Positions 10,525-21,100 of a stretch of 64,000 nucleotides of DNA are shown here, piece after piece. The translations under genes were made by a program, and so were the position numbers. The notes beneath the pieces are model-generated. The model was given only the letters and a program-made list of their open reading frames with translations, was not told the origin of the DNA and did not search any database. Each line of letters opens with the position of its first letter. Positions within the stretch are counted from its first letter, which is position 1. The DNA comes from Nitrospirota bacterium (lineage in GTDB: Bacteria > JACPQY01): assembly GCA_016190245.1 (NCBI GenBank), contig JACPQY010000024.1, positions 121,620 to 185,619 on the forward strand. Reading direction: 5' to 3'.

Positions 10525-11140
10525 CGAACGACGCCCCCTCCGAATTCGCCCAACGCGTGGACCGCGAGGCCCAGCGCCGCGGCTTCGACCAAGCCCCACG
10601 TCAGGCCGTCCTGGGCGACGGCGCGCCGTGGATCTGGAACGTGGCCGACGAACAATTCCCCGGCGCCGTCCAGATCGTCGATCTCTACCACGCCAAGGGG
10701 CACCTCTCGGACGTGGCCAAGGCCAACTACGGACCGGGCAGCCACGTGGGCGCCCAGTGGGCCGAGCAGCGACACGACGAACTGGACAAGGGTGAGATGG
10801 ACGCCTTGCTGCAAGCCCTGCGCGTCCATGCCGACGCCACCGACGCGGCACGCCAGTGCCTGGACTACGTCACTCGCAACCGGAGCCGCATGCGCTACCC
10901 GGAGTTCCGCGCCCATGGCCTGTGCGTCTCCACCGGCGTCGTCGAAGCGGGCTGCAAGGTGGCCAGCGGAACGCGCCTCAAGCGCGCCGGGATGCACTGG
11001 ACCGTCGCCGGGGCCGACGCCATCATCGCCCTGCGCTGCTGCAAGTTGAGCGGCCGGTTCGAAGACTTCTGGGGACGACGATCAGCGGCGGCGGTCGCCC
11101 GCCGCTGATGGGAGTATCTCACAAGTTTATCGTGCACCCC
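10518..11140 (+). mobile_element. 5'-truncated ISKra4-family transposase fragment with right terminal inverted repeat
   Basis: LGDGAPWIW, QIVDLYHA..HL, NR.RMRY..FR..GL.V.TGVVEAGCK, RLKRAGMHW motifs; stop at 11108; end sequence TCTCACAAGTTTATCGTGCACCC at about 11117-11139. Confidence 0.88.
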
Positions 11141-11285
11141 CACTGACTCCTGACTGACCAGCCAAGGACGATGCCGTTCCAAGGATGACTGACGGTACCT
11201 GGAGCGCCACGAAGGCTGCGGAGGGTGCGGTACCCGCCGCAACAAACCGAGCCGGATGCGAGGTAGAGGTACGGAAGGGTACTTT
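11141..11285 (+). repeat. Bipartite direct repeat, copy 1 (left border of the defence island)
   Basis: Block A 11141-11170 matches 21461-21490 at 29/30; block B 11223-11285 matches 21558-21620 at 58/63; the middles differ. Confidence 0.9.
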
Positions 11286-11313
11286 TGACACCTTCCCACT
11301 GATCTTCTACTCT
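11285..11313 (+). promoter_or_regulatory. Sigma70-like promoter of the methyltransferase
   Basis: TTGACA (11285-11290)-17 nt-TACTCT (11308-11313), 10 nt before ATG 11324. Confidence 0.55.
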
Positions 11314-11323
11314 CCGGCTTGCA

Positions 11324-14300
11324 ATGGCCGAACGAGTGGAGCGACAGCAAGCCATATCGGAAATTCTAAGGAATCTTCACCAAACCAAAGCTAATGGGCT
11401 GAAGCAACTCTTCTGGACGGAGCTCAACTACAGCCAGGAAAACAGGCCGTTGAGCCCGCGTCCGTGGCCCGCGAGCGCCACGGAATCCCTGGATGATGAT
11501 CCGGTTCTGTTCGCCACCGGCGGCGAGGAGGGCGCGTTCCACGTCGTCTACGCGCGACTGTCCGGCGATACCCTCTCCCGCGGAGCGGAACGCCCCATCG
11601 TCAACCAACTCCTGCGCGACCATCCTTACGCGCTGTTCGTCTTCTCGAACAAGAGCCAATCGGCCTGGCATCTCCTGAATGTGAAGTATGACGACGCCGT
11701 GGAAAAGCGGCGCCTAATCCGCCGCATCTCGATTCGGGCCGGCGAGGGATTGCGGACCGCGGCAGAGCGCATGGCCTTGCTGGACCTTCAAGCCGTAAGC
11801 CCGAACCTCGTCGGGCTTTCGCCGCTCGCGATTCAACAGCGCCACGACGATGCGTTCGATGTGGAAAAGGTCACCAAGGACTTCTATCGCGAAATCGCCG
11901 ACTGGTACTTCTGGGCCATCGGGTGCGATCAGTTGTCCTACCCCCCGGACGTCCACCGGGACGACGAGAAAGCCCTTTTCCTGATCCGACTCCTCACCCG
12001 CCTGATCTTTTGCTGGTTCCTGCGGGAAAAGCGCAATCCGCGGACCGGGGAGGGCCTGATTCCTGACCCTATTTTCGATCCGCGTGGGATTGCCGGGTAC
12101 CTGAAAAACCCTTCTCCGGATTCCTGCTCCTACTATACGGCCATCCTCCAGAACCTCTTCTTCGCCACGCTGAATACTGAGATGGACCCACCCGCCGAGG
12201 AGGACAAGACTGGGCGACCACCGGAGCGCCGATTCGCGAAGGGGGCCGGCGATCACATGATTCACACCTTTTGGCGGCATAAGGACGATCTGCGCGACCC
12301 CGACGCGCTGACCCGCCTTCTACGCGGAATTCCGTTCCTGAACGGGGGTCTGTTCGAGTGTCTCGATGAACGGGAAGAAAAGGGGAGGTCGCCCTATACG
12401 AAGGAATTTCGCGTGGACGGTTTCTCGACCGATCCCGAGAAGCAGCCGAGACTGCCCAATTTCCTCTTCTATGGGCCGGGTCGGACGGCGGATCTCTCCG
12501 GCCCGTACGGCGATTCGACCCGGCGTCGCCAGACCGTCACCCCCATTCTGGAGATCCTGCGCCGGTACAACTTCACTCTCACCGAAAACACACCCTTCGA
12601 CCAGGAAGTGGCCCTCGATCCGGAACTGCTCGGGCACGTGTTCGAAAACCTCTTGGCCGCATACAACCCGGAAACGGAAACAGTAGCCCGCAATGCCACC
12701 GGCTCCTTCTACACCCCCCGAGTGGTGGTGGATTGGATGGTCGATCAGGCGATCACGGCGCGATTTGCCGGCGCCCTGAAGAATGGATCTCCCCTCGTGG
12801 GTGACCGGACGGAGAGAATTCGAAAACTCCTTTCATGGGAACACACGGATCACGATTTCAGCCCGCAGGAAACCGAAGTGCTGATCGACGCGATCGACAA
12901 CCTCAAGGCTCTCGATCCCGCCTGCGGCTCCGGCGCTTTCCCCATGGGCCTGCTCCAGAAGCTGGTCCATGTCCTGAAAAAGCTGGACCCCGAGAACAAG
13001 GCGTGGCGGAAGCGTCAGGAGGACAAGGCGAGGCAAATCGAGAGCAGCCCGACCCGCGAGGAAGCGCTCAAGGCCGTCGAACGCGCGTTCGCCCGCGACA
13101 ACGACGACTATGGCCGCAAGCTCTATCTCATCGAGAACTGCCTGTACGGCGTGGATATCCAACCCATCGCCGTCCAGATCGCCAAACTTCGGTTTTTCAT
13201 CTCGCTCGTGGTGGATCAGGCCATCGATCCGAAGGAGGAGAACTACGGCATCCTCCCCCTGCCGAACCTGGAAACGAAGATTGTGGCGGCTAACACTCTC
13301 GTCGGGCTGAAGCGGGGTCAACTCACCCTCCGCACGGGAAACGTCGAACGTCTCGAACAGGAGCTCAAACAGATTCGGCACGATTACTTCACCGCGAGAA
13401 TCTACAAGGAGAAGAAAAAGCTGCGGGCGCGGGACCGCGTCCTGTGCGGAGAGCTGGCCGAGGAGCTGGCGAAGTCCGGCGAGTTTACGACGCATGACGC
13501 CAAGCGGCTGGCCGAGTGGAATCCGTACAAGGCCAACGAGCCGGCCACCTTTTTCGATCCAACCTGGATGTTCGGCCTGACGTCCAACAAAACCGATGGA
13601 GTGTTCGATCTCGTCATCGGAAATCCTCCCTACGTTCGGCAGGAGGAACTCAAGAGCCGGATGGCCGTAGGGAGCGATGGGAAGGAGCGTCCGCTCAAGG
13701 ACGTCCTGAAAGAGCAGTACGAATGTTACGTGGGCACGGCCGATCTCTACGTCTACTTCTTCGAACGGTCCCTGCAACTGCTACGAATGGGCGGGATTCT
13801 GAGCTTCATCACGAGCAACAAGTATTTCAGGGCGGCGTATGGGGAACCCCTCCGGAGGTATCTCGCGTATGCCACGCGGCCGGCGGCGGCCCTCGATTTC
13901 GGCGAGGCTCCCGTTTTCACCTCGATCGTTGAACCAGCCATCCTCGTGGCGGAGAAGACACGACACATCAGCAAGGCGGAAGCGAAGCTGCCGGACTCTC
14001 TGGATGCGTATCCGCCGCCGGGGGACTGGAAATCCCGCGTTCTCACGTGGGTGCCAGCCAAGGATGGTGCGGCACCCCGCCAAGAAGGTCGGCCAGGAAG
14101 GTCGACGAAAGTAAGCGGGGCGCCGGGACCGGACTTCAGGGAGTTTCCGGAGATCTTCGAGCAGAAGGCCCAGGCCCTGCCACAGCGGGAGTTGAAACCG
14201 GACGGGTGGCGATTTGAAAGTCCGCTCAAACTCCGCCTCCTCGAACGATTGAAGAAGACGGGCACTCCGCTGGGCAACTACGTGAAGGGGCGGTTCTATT

Positions 14301-15259
14301 ACGGCATCAAGACCGGACTGAACGAGGCGTTTGTCGTGGACCGCGCCACGCGCGACCGCCTGATTGACGAGCACCCCTCATCGAAGGAAATCCTCAAACC
14401 CTTCCTCCGCGGCCGGGATGTGAAACGCTGGCGGTGCGAATTCGATGATCGGTATTTGATCAAGATTGAATCGTCGAAAAATGTGCATCACCCTTGGTCC
14501 GGGAAGCCGAAAAAGGAGGCCGAGAAAGTATTCGAAAAGACCTATCCGGCCGTTCACGGTTTTTTCGACGCAAAGAGGCAACCCCTCATCAAGCGATATG
14601 ACCAAGGGGAATACTTCTGGGAACTAAGATCGTGCGCCTACTGGCGGGAATTCGAGCAGCCGAAGATTTTGTACCCGGACATCTACGATCATCAGAGCTT
14701 TGCCTGGGACAGTGAAGGCTTCTAGTCCGTGAATACGACCTATTTTATTCCTACCACTGAGAAATGGCTCGCCGGGCTTCTGAATTCTCCGTGCGTCGAG
14801 TGGTTCTATTCCCAAATCGCCAACCGAGTGCGTGGAGGCTACATGCGCGCCTTCTCCGACTACATGAAGCAGGTCCCTATTCCAACCCTCTCTCCGAACC
14901 AACAACAATCCTGCGAGCGGCTGACCGAAGCGTTGATCTGGCTTCATTCCCCCCGAGTATCGAAGAAGACGACCGAAGCGCCGGTCGGCATGATGCAGGC
15001 GTATTTCGAGCAATGGCTCAACGGCCTCGTGTACGAACTCTTCTTCCCCGCCGAGCTCCACGCCCGGAAACTGACCCTCTTCGATGAAACCGCCAAGCTG
15101 AACCTCCCGGACCTCGCAGAAATTCCGGAGGCGCAGAAACTCCCCCGCCTCCGGGAATCGTTCGAGTCCGCCTACGACACCAACTCCCCCCTCCGCGCCA
15201 TGCTCTTCGACCTCCATTCCATTGAAGAAGTCCGCGTGATCGAGGAACGGACCGAATGA
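11324..15259 (+). pseudogene. Large N6-adenine DNA methyltransferase (Eco57I/TaqI-C-like, gamma motif order), split by one in-frame TAG at 14723-14725
   Basis: PFLNGGLF, LLGHVFENLL, TGSFYTP, DPACGSGAF (motif I), IGNPPYVRQE (motif IV), YGIKTGLNEAF, WELRSCAY. Frame continues FAWDSEGF*SVNTTYFIP...LLNS to 15259. Confidence 0.88.
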
Positions 15260-15327
15260 GCCGTGGGACGAATATCCGTAACGGGTATTTTATAAGTATT
15301 TGAATATACACGATATTATTTGAGATC

Positions 15328-15358
15328 TTGACAGCATTAATATATATGTTAATAATGC
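15328..15358 (+). promoter_or_regulatory. AT-rich promoter/operator of the TAC module
   Basis: TTGACA (15328-15333)-17 nt-AATAAT with overlapping imperfect palindrome GCATTAATATATATGTTAATAATGC. Confidence 0.6.
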
Positions 15359-15409
15359 CGATTCTAGTGGTGGAAGTACAGCAGGAATCGGTGCGCCAAG
15401 GAGCGGGGC

Positions 15410-15841
15410 ATGCCACTTCGGCAGGTCGCCTTCGGAAAACAGGGCACCGTAGCTGAATACGTACGAAGTGGTGGCCGATGTCCGGCGCGCGTTTTCTTGG
15501 ACTGGTGCCAAAAGCCGATGCGGGACAAGTTTGACGATGCGTTCGTTGCCCTCGTGAGAATGGGAGCAAGTTACGTCAACCAAGAACGATTCTGGCTCTT
15601 ACATGGGCATGGAAAACCCCTGTGGGAGTTCAAAGAACACCACCACAGACTCTACTGTGCCAGAGAGCAGGTTGGACCGGCTGTGAGGGTGATTCTTCTA
15701 CATGGGTGGAAAAAACAGAAGGAAGGTGGGACCAAAGAATAGGACCAAGAAATTCGGAAAGCTTTGAACTTATACATAGAGTTTCAGCAAGAAGAAAAAA
15801 TGATCGGAAAGGAGGAAGTATGGAGAAGACTAAGCCATTGA
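15410..15841 (+). pseudogene. RelE/HigB (Gp49-like) toxin of a TAC module with in-frame TAG at 15740-15742
   Basis: Y.R.GGRCPA..FL, LWEFK....RL.C, VILLHGWKKQ. After the TAG the frame continues DQEIRKALNLYIEFQQEE...(32 aa) and overlaps the antitoxin start, supplying the usual terminal EI..A helix. Confidence 0.75.
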
Positions 15842-16257
15842 GTCGTTCCCCCGCTCTAACCCGCCGGGATCTGGAAAGGGCTGAGGGTGTGGCCATCGCC
15901 ATGGCGCAGGCCACGATCCAAAATGCAATGGATGGCGCGAATATCACGAAGGCCGAGCTTGCCAGGAGACTTCGCAAGAAGCCTCCCTATATTACGCGCA
16001 TGATGCAAAGCGATCACAATTTGACAATCAGAACGTTTTCCGGCGCACTCGCGGTATGCGGATTTGAGGTGGACTTCGAGTTGGCTCCGCTCGGTCAGAG
16101 CTGGTCGCTCGCACCGGTCCAACGTACCTTCTACCGATCACGACCTCAAGCAAGCGTGACGCCTCCCATTTTGGGGGGCGTTCCTACGTGGTCGGCAAGA
16201 CCCGACTTCGCGGGAACGCTCCCCTTGGTTGGTTCGCTGGATTCGAGAGGAGATTAG
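15820..16257 (+). CDS. XRE-HTH (HigA-like) antitoxin with C-terminal low-structure extension (ChAD-like)
   Basis: AAGGAGG SD before ATG 15820; ITKAELARRL......ITR......NLTIRT...L HTH; ~55-aa Pro/aromatic-rich tail. Confidence 0.82.
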   Translation: MEKTKPLSRSPALTRRDLERAEGVAIAMAQATIQNAMDGANITKAELARRLRKKPPYITRMMQSDHNLTIRTFSGALAVCGFEVDFELAPLGQSWSLAPVQRTFYRSRPQASVTPPILGGVPTWSARPDFAGTLPLVGSLDSRGD

Positions 16258-16258
16258 C

Positions 16259-16759
16259 GTGGCCGAGGATATCGATCTAGGAACGGTTGCCAAGATTGCG
16301 CGACGAGCGCGTCTGCTGGACATACAACTCGCTTTACTACAGGCAACCACTCAATCACGGCCGGGGGGCGAACTTGTTCCAGCACATAAAGTGTCTTCCG
16401 TCCTGCTTGGTCGAAAGGACTCCGGCGCCGTCATTGCCTCCTCATTCGCATTCACGGTTACCGTTGGTCAGGCTCAAGTCGCTGAAGTCAGCATGACATT
16501 CCACTTGGTGTATGAATTCGAAGGCCAAGATCCTCTATCGGACGACGACATCGGCCATTTCGCCAGAGGGAACGGAACGTACCACGCATGGCCCTACATG
16601 AGGGAAATGTTGAGCAATCTCCTCCCGCGTATGGGCTTCCCCCCCTTTACCCTTCCCGTTCTTGTATTCGGACAGCCTCAGCGGCAAGCACCTCAATCTG
16701 AAACGAAACAGGATGGACCAAGGGACGATCAAACAGAGGTGAAGGAACCAACCGTATAA
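16259..16759 (+). CDS. SecB-like chaperone (TAC-type)
   Basis: GAGGAG SD before GTG 16259; F.LVY...F...NG.Y.AWPY.RE......RMG.PPF.LP signature of SecB/Rv1957-like chaperones. Confidence 0.85.
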   Translation: MAEDIDLGTVAKIARRARLLDIQLALLQATTQSRPGGELVPAHKVSSVLLGRKDSGAVIASSFAFTVTVGQAQVAEVSMTFHLVYEFEGQDPLSDDDIGHFARGNGTYHAWPYMREMLSNLLPRMGFPPFTLPVLVFGQPQRQAPQSETKQDGPRDDQTEVKEPTV

Positions 16760-16870
16760 GCAGATTCCCGCCGAGGCAAGGGTGGTCCGCCTTTGAGTCA
16801 AGAGAAGAATCGAACGGGCGATCCCGTTCAGTAACTTGCATTTTAACCATCAATCGGCTAAATATCAGCC

Positions 16871-18103
16871 GTGATTCAGCGGCATATCTCGGGGAACTTG
16901 GACGAGTCTCTGGCGGACACCCCGGTGGCGCTCCTGACGGGCGCCCGGCAGACGGGCAAAACGACTCTCGCCATGGAGTGGGCCGGCCGAAGAAAGGCCC
17001 GGTACTTCACACTCGATGAAGCCGCAACCCTGGCGGGAGCCGCCTCCGACCCGCAAGGATTCATCGAAAATCTCGAACAGCCGGCGGTCATCGACGAGGT
17101 TCAAAAGGTTCCGGCCCTGCTTCCCGCCATCAAACTCCGAGTGGATCGCGATCGTCGGCCAGGAATGTTCCTTCTCACGGGTTCGGCCAACGTCCTCACG
17201 CTCCCGAAGGTGTCGGAATCGCTGGCAGGAAGGATGGAGATCCACAGGCTCTGGCCCCTCTCACAAGGCGAAATTCATGGCCGACACGAAGACTTCATTG
17301 CCACCGCGTTCTCCAAAAGGCCCCCGCGGGCCGTTTCGAACGGACTCATCCCCCTCGCACGGCCCATTACGGTGGGAGGCTACCCTGAAGTCCAAAAACG
17401 CAAGGGGAACCGCTCGGCAGCATGGTTCGGCTCATACATCAGCGCCCTTCTTCAACGCGACGTGCGGGACCTGGCGCACGTGGAACGCCTCACGTCCATC
17501 CCCAATCTTTTGACGCTCCTCGCCACCCGCTCGGCGTGCCTCCTCAACACTTCCGACCTCACGCGCGACGCGCGCATCGCCAACTCAACGCTCAAACGAT
17601 ACCTCAGCCTCCTGGAGATGATTTTCATCGCCTATCGCCTGCCCGCATGGTCGGTCAACCTCGGCAAACGTCTGGTCAAAGCGCCCAAGCTGATGCTGTG
17701 CGATACGGGCCTGGCCTGCCACTTGCTGGGCGCGGATGAGAACCGCTTGAACGGGGACGCGACCCTGAAGGGCAGGCTGACGGAAAACTTCATTTCGAAT
17801 GAATTGCACAAGCAGGCCACCTGGTCCGCTGTGTCTGTCCGCATTTTCCACTTCCGTTCGGCGTCCGCGCAGGAAATCGATTTTATCCTGGAGGATACAC
17901 GGGGGCGAGTTGTCGCCATCGAGGTGAAAGCCTCGCACACCGTCCGGCCCGAGGATTTCCATCCCATGAGGGCCTTGGCCGAATCGTTGAAGTCCCGTTT
18001 CATCCGGGGCATTCTTCTGCATGACGGCCGGCAGGTTATTCCCCATGGGGCAAATCTCTGGTCCGCGCCGTTTTCGTGTTTGTGGTCCGCCGGAGAATCC
18101 TGA
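16871..18103 (+). CDS. AAA+ ATPase (AAA_14) with DUF4143 and C-terminal PD-(D/E)xK-like domain
   Basis: LTGARQTGKTTL, IDEVQ, LLTGSA, GGYPE, KAPKL...DTGL, EIDF......AIEVK. Confidence 0.92.
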   Translation: MIQRHISGNLDESLADTPVALLTGARQTGKTTLAMEWAGRRKARYFTLDEAATLAGAASDPQGFIENLEQPAVIDEVQKVPALLPAIKLRVDRDRRPGMFLLTGSANVLTLPKVSESLAGRMEIHRLWPLSQGEIHGRHEDFIATAFSKRPPRAVSNGLIPLARPITVGGYPEVQKRKGNRSAAWFGSYISALLQRDVRDLAHVERLTSIPNLLTLLATRSACLLNTSDLTRDARIANSTLKRYLSLLEMIFIAYRLPAWSVNLGKRLVKAPKLMLCDTGLACHLLGADENRLNGDATLKGRLTENFISNELHKQATWSAVSVRIFHFRSASAQEIDFILEDTRGRVVAIEVKASHTVRPEDFHPMRALAESLKSRFIRGILLHDGRQVIPHGANLWSAPFSCLWSAGES

Positions 18104-18106
18104 ACC

Positions 18107-21100
18107 ATGCCCACCCACGACATCATCGACAACCGCAACGAGAAGCTGATCGATCATCTGAACAAAATCCTCGGTAGCTGCGAGCTGGCGCGATTTGCCG
18201 TCGGCTACCTGTTTTTGTCCGGACTGACCGGAGTCGCCAAGCGACTCCTCAAGATGAGAGAGCTCCGGCTGCTCATCGGAAATACTTCGAACAAGGAGAC
18301 CGTCGAACTTCTTGCCGAGGGATACAAGCGGCTCGACCTGGCGGCGGAGGACCTCGACAAACAGGCGTATCCCAAACGGGCCGAGGCCGGAAAAATGGCC
18401 GACGCCACGGCGCAAAATCTCCGCAACGCCGTGGAGTGGATGGATCAGACGGATGAGGGAGAAGACTTGATCGGCGGATTGATCCGCATGATTCAAGAGA
18501 AACGCATGCAGGTCCGAGTGTACACCAAGGGCCGACTCCACTCCAAAGCCTATATCTGCGATTATGGGGAAGTCTTCGACAAGGGCGGAAAGGAAGTCGA
18601 ACGGCACGAGGAGGGGATCGCCGTGGTCGGCTCCTCGAATCTGACGCTGGCCGGACTCACCCACAACACCGAGCTGAACGTGGTCGTTCAGGGGAATCAG
18701 AACCACCGGGAACTGGTCCGCTGGTTCGACGAACTCTGGAAGGAATCCCACGAGTTTGAAGAAGCCCTCATGACGGAACTCAGGGAATCCTGGGCGGCGG
18801 CGCAGGTCAAACCCTATGACATTTACATGAAGACGCTCTACGCGCTGGTGAAAGACAGGCTTGAGGGCGAGGAAGAGCAGGAACTGTTGTGGGACGACGA
18901 TATCTTCCGCAGACTCGCGAATTTTCAGAAGGTGGCCGTGCGCCAAGCCGTTCAGATGATCCGCGACTACGGCGGCGCGTTTGTCGCGGACGTCGTCGGC
19001 CTTGGAAAAAGCTACATCGGGGCGGCGATAGTGAAGCACTTCGAACGGGCCGACCACGCCCGCCCGCTGGTTGTCTGTCCGGCCGCTCTAAAAGAAATGT
19101 GGGAACGTTACAACGAGGTTTACCAGCTAAACGCCCGAATCCTCTCCATGGGCCACCTCCGGGAGGACGAAAACGACGGAGTGGCAACCCTTTTGAAAGA
19201 CTTCCAGTATAGGGACAGGGATTTCGTTCTCGTAGACGAGAGTCACAACTTGCGCCACCCCGATACCCAACGATACAAGGTCATGCAAAACTTTCTATCC
19301 ACCGGCCGAAGGTGTTGCCTCCTGACCGCCACGCCCCGGAACAAGAGCGCATGGGACGTGTACCATCAGATCAAACTCTTTCACCAGGACGACCGGACCG
19401 ATCTTCCGGTCGACCCGCCTCATCTCAAGGATTATTTCAAATTGATCGAGAAAGGGGAAAAGAAGCTGCCGGACGTGTTGTCACACATTCTCGTGCGCCG
19501 CACCCGGAATCACATCCTGCGGTGGTACGGATACGACGCCGAAACCCATCAGACGGTGGACGCGCAATCCTTCCAGGACTATACCGACGGAAAGCGTCGC
19601 GCGTACGTCCTGGTGGGCGGAAAGCATCAATTTTTCCCCCAACGGAAACTTGAAACCATCGAGTACAGCATCGAGGACACCTATCAAGGACTTTACAAGC
19701 GGCTCCGGAGCTACCTCGGCAAGGCGCGAAAGGCTGGGCCGATCAAGCCATCGCCGGGCGAACTGACGTATGCCCGATACGGCCTTTGGCATTATGTGCG
19801 GCCTGAGAGGCAGAAGCATGAACCCTACGCCCACCTTCACCGCGCCGGGGCAAACCTGCGCGGGCTCATTCGGGTCCTTTTGTTCAAACGTTTTGAGTCC
19901 AGCGTGCACGCCTTCCAGGAAACCCTCCGCCGACTCCTGAAAATTCATCACGCCTTCCTGATCGCCCTCGAACGTGGAGTCGTCCCGGCCGGGGAAGAGG
20001 CGCAGACCATCCTCTACGAGAGCGATGTTCTGGAAGAGGCCGACATGATGGATGCCCTGCACGAGGTCTCCGGTAGGTACGAGGGGAAGGACTTCGATAC
20101 GGAGACACTGAAAGAGCACATCGAACACGACCGCCGAATCTTGAAGACGGTCCTGGATCTCGTCGAACCGATCACGCCGGACAAGGATTCGAAGTTGCAG
20201 ACCCTGAAAGCTCGACTGGGGGAGAAACCGCTCCGGGGCGCGAAGCGGCTGATTTTCACTCAGTACGCCGATACGGCGAAGTATCTCCATGCCCATCTGA
20301 ACCCGGGTGGGGAGCGTTCGGATACTGACGTGATCTATAGCGGAGAGAAGAGCAGGGAGCGCGTGGTGGGTCGGTTCGCTCCAAAGGCAAATCCGGAGTA
20401 TCGCTTCCCCAAGGATGAAGACGAGCTCATGACCCTGATTGCGACGGACGTGCTCGCCGAAGGGCTGAACCTTCAGGATTGCGACCATATCATCAACTAC
20501 GACCTTCACTGGAATCCCGTCCGATTGATCCAGCGTTTCGGCCGGATCGACCGCATCGGGTCCGACCACGACGCCATCCTGGCGTACAATTTCCTCCCGG
20601 AGATCGGGATCGAGAAACACCTCGGCTTGCATGAAAAGCTGCGCAATCGTATCCAGGAAATTCACGACACGATCGGCGAGGACTCCAAACTTCTCGACCA
20701 AACCGAGCGACTGAACCCCGAGGCGATGTATGCCATTTACGAATCGCAAGGAATGAGCGGAGGTGAACCGGACGTTGCGGAGAAATCCGAAGAAGACTTT
20801 CTCGATCTTAATGAAGCGGAGGAATTCCTGCGTCAACTCCGCAAGGAGAACCCTGCCGAATTCGAGCGGATCGCCGGCCTGCGCGACGGGATCCGCGCCG
20901 CCCGGGCGGCTGAACACAAGGGGCTATACGTTTTCTGTCAAGCCGGACGCTACCAACAACTGGTTCTGCTCGACGAAAGGGGCAAGGCGATTTCCCGTGA
21001 CGTGCCGAGGGTGGTCGGAGCCGTGAAGTGTTCGCCCGACACCAAGCCCGTGAAACGTCCGGACGGTTACAACGAGGCCGTCATGACGGTTCAAAAGTCT

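Noticed and set aside
16259..16759. Housekeeping secB functionally linked to secA in this window
   Set aside because: It lies 15 kb away inside an AT-rich TA operon and is 1 bp from the antitoxin stop, which fits a TAC chaperone
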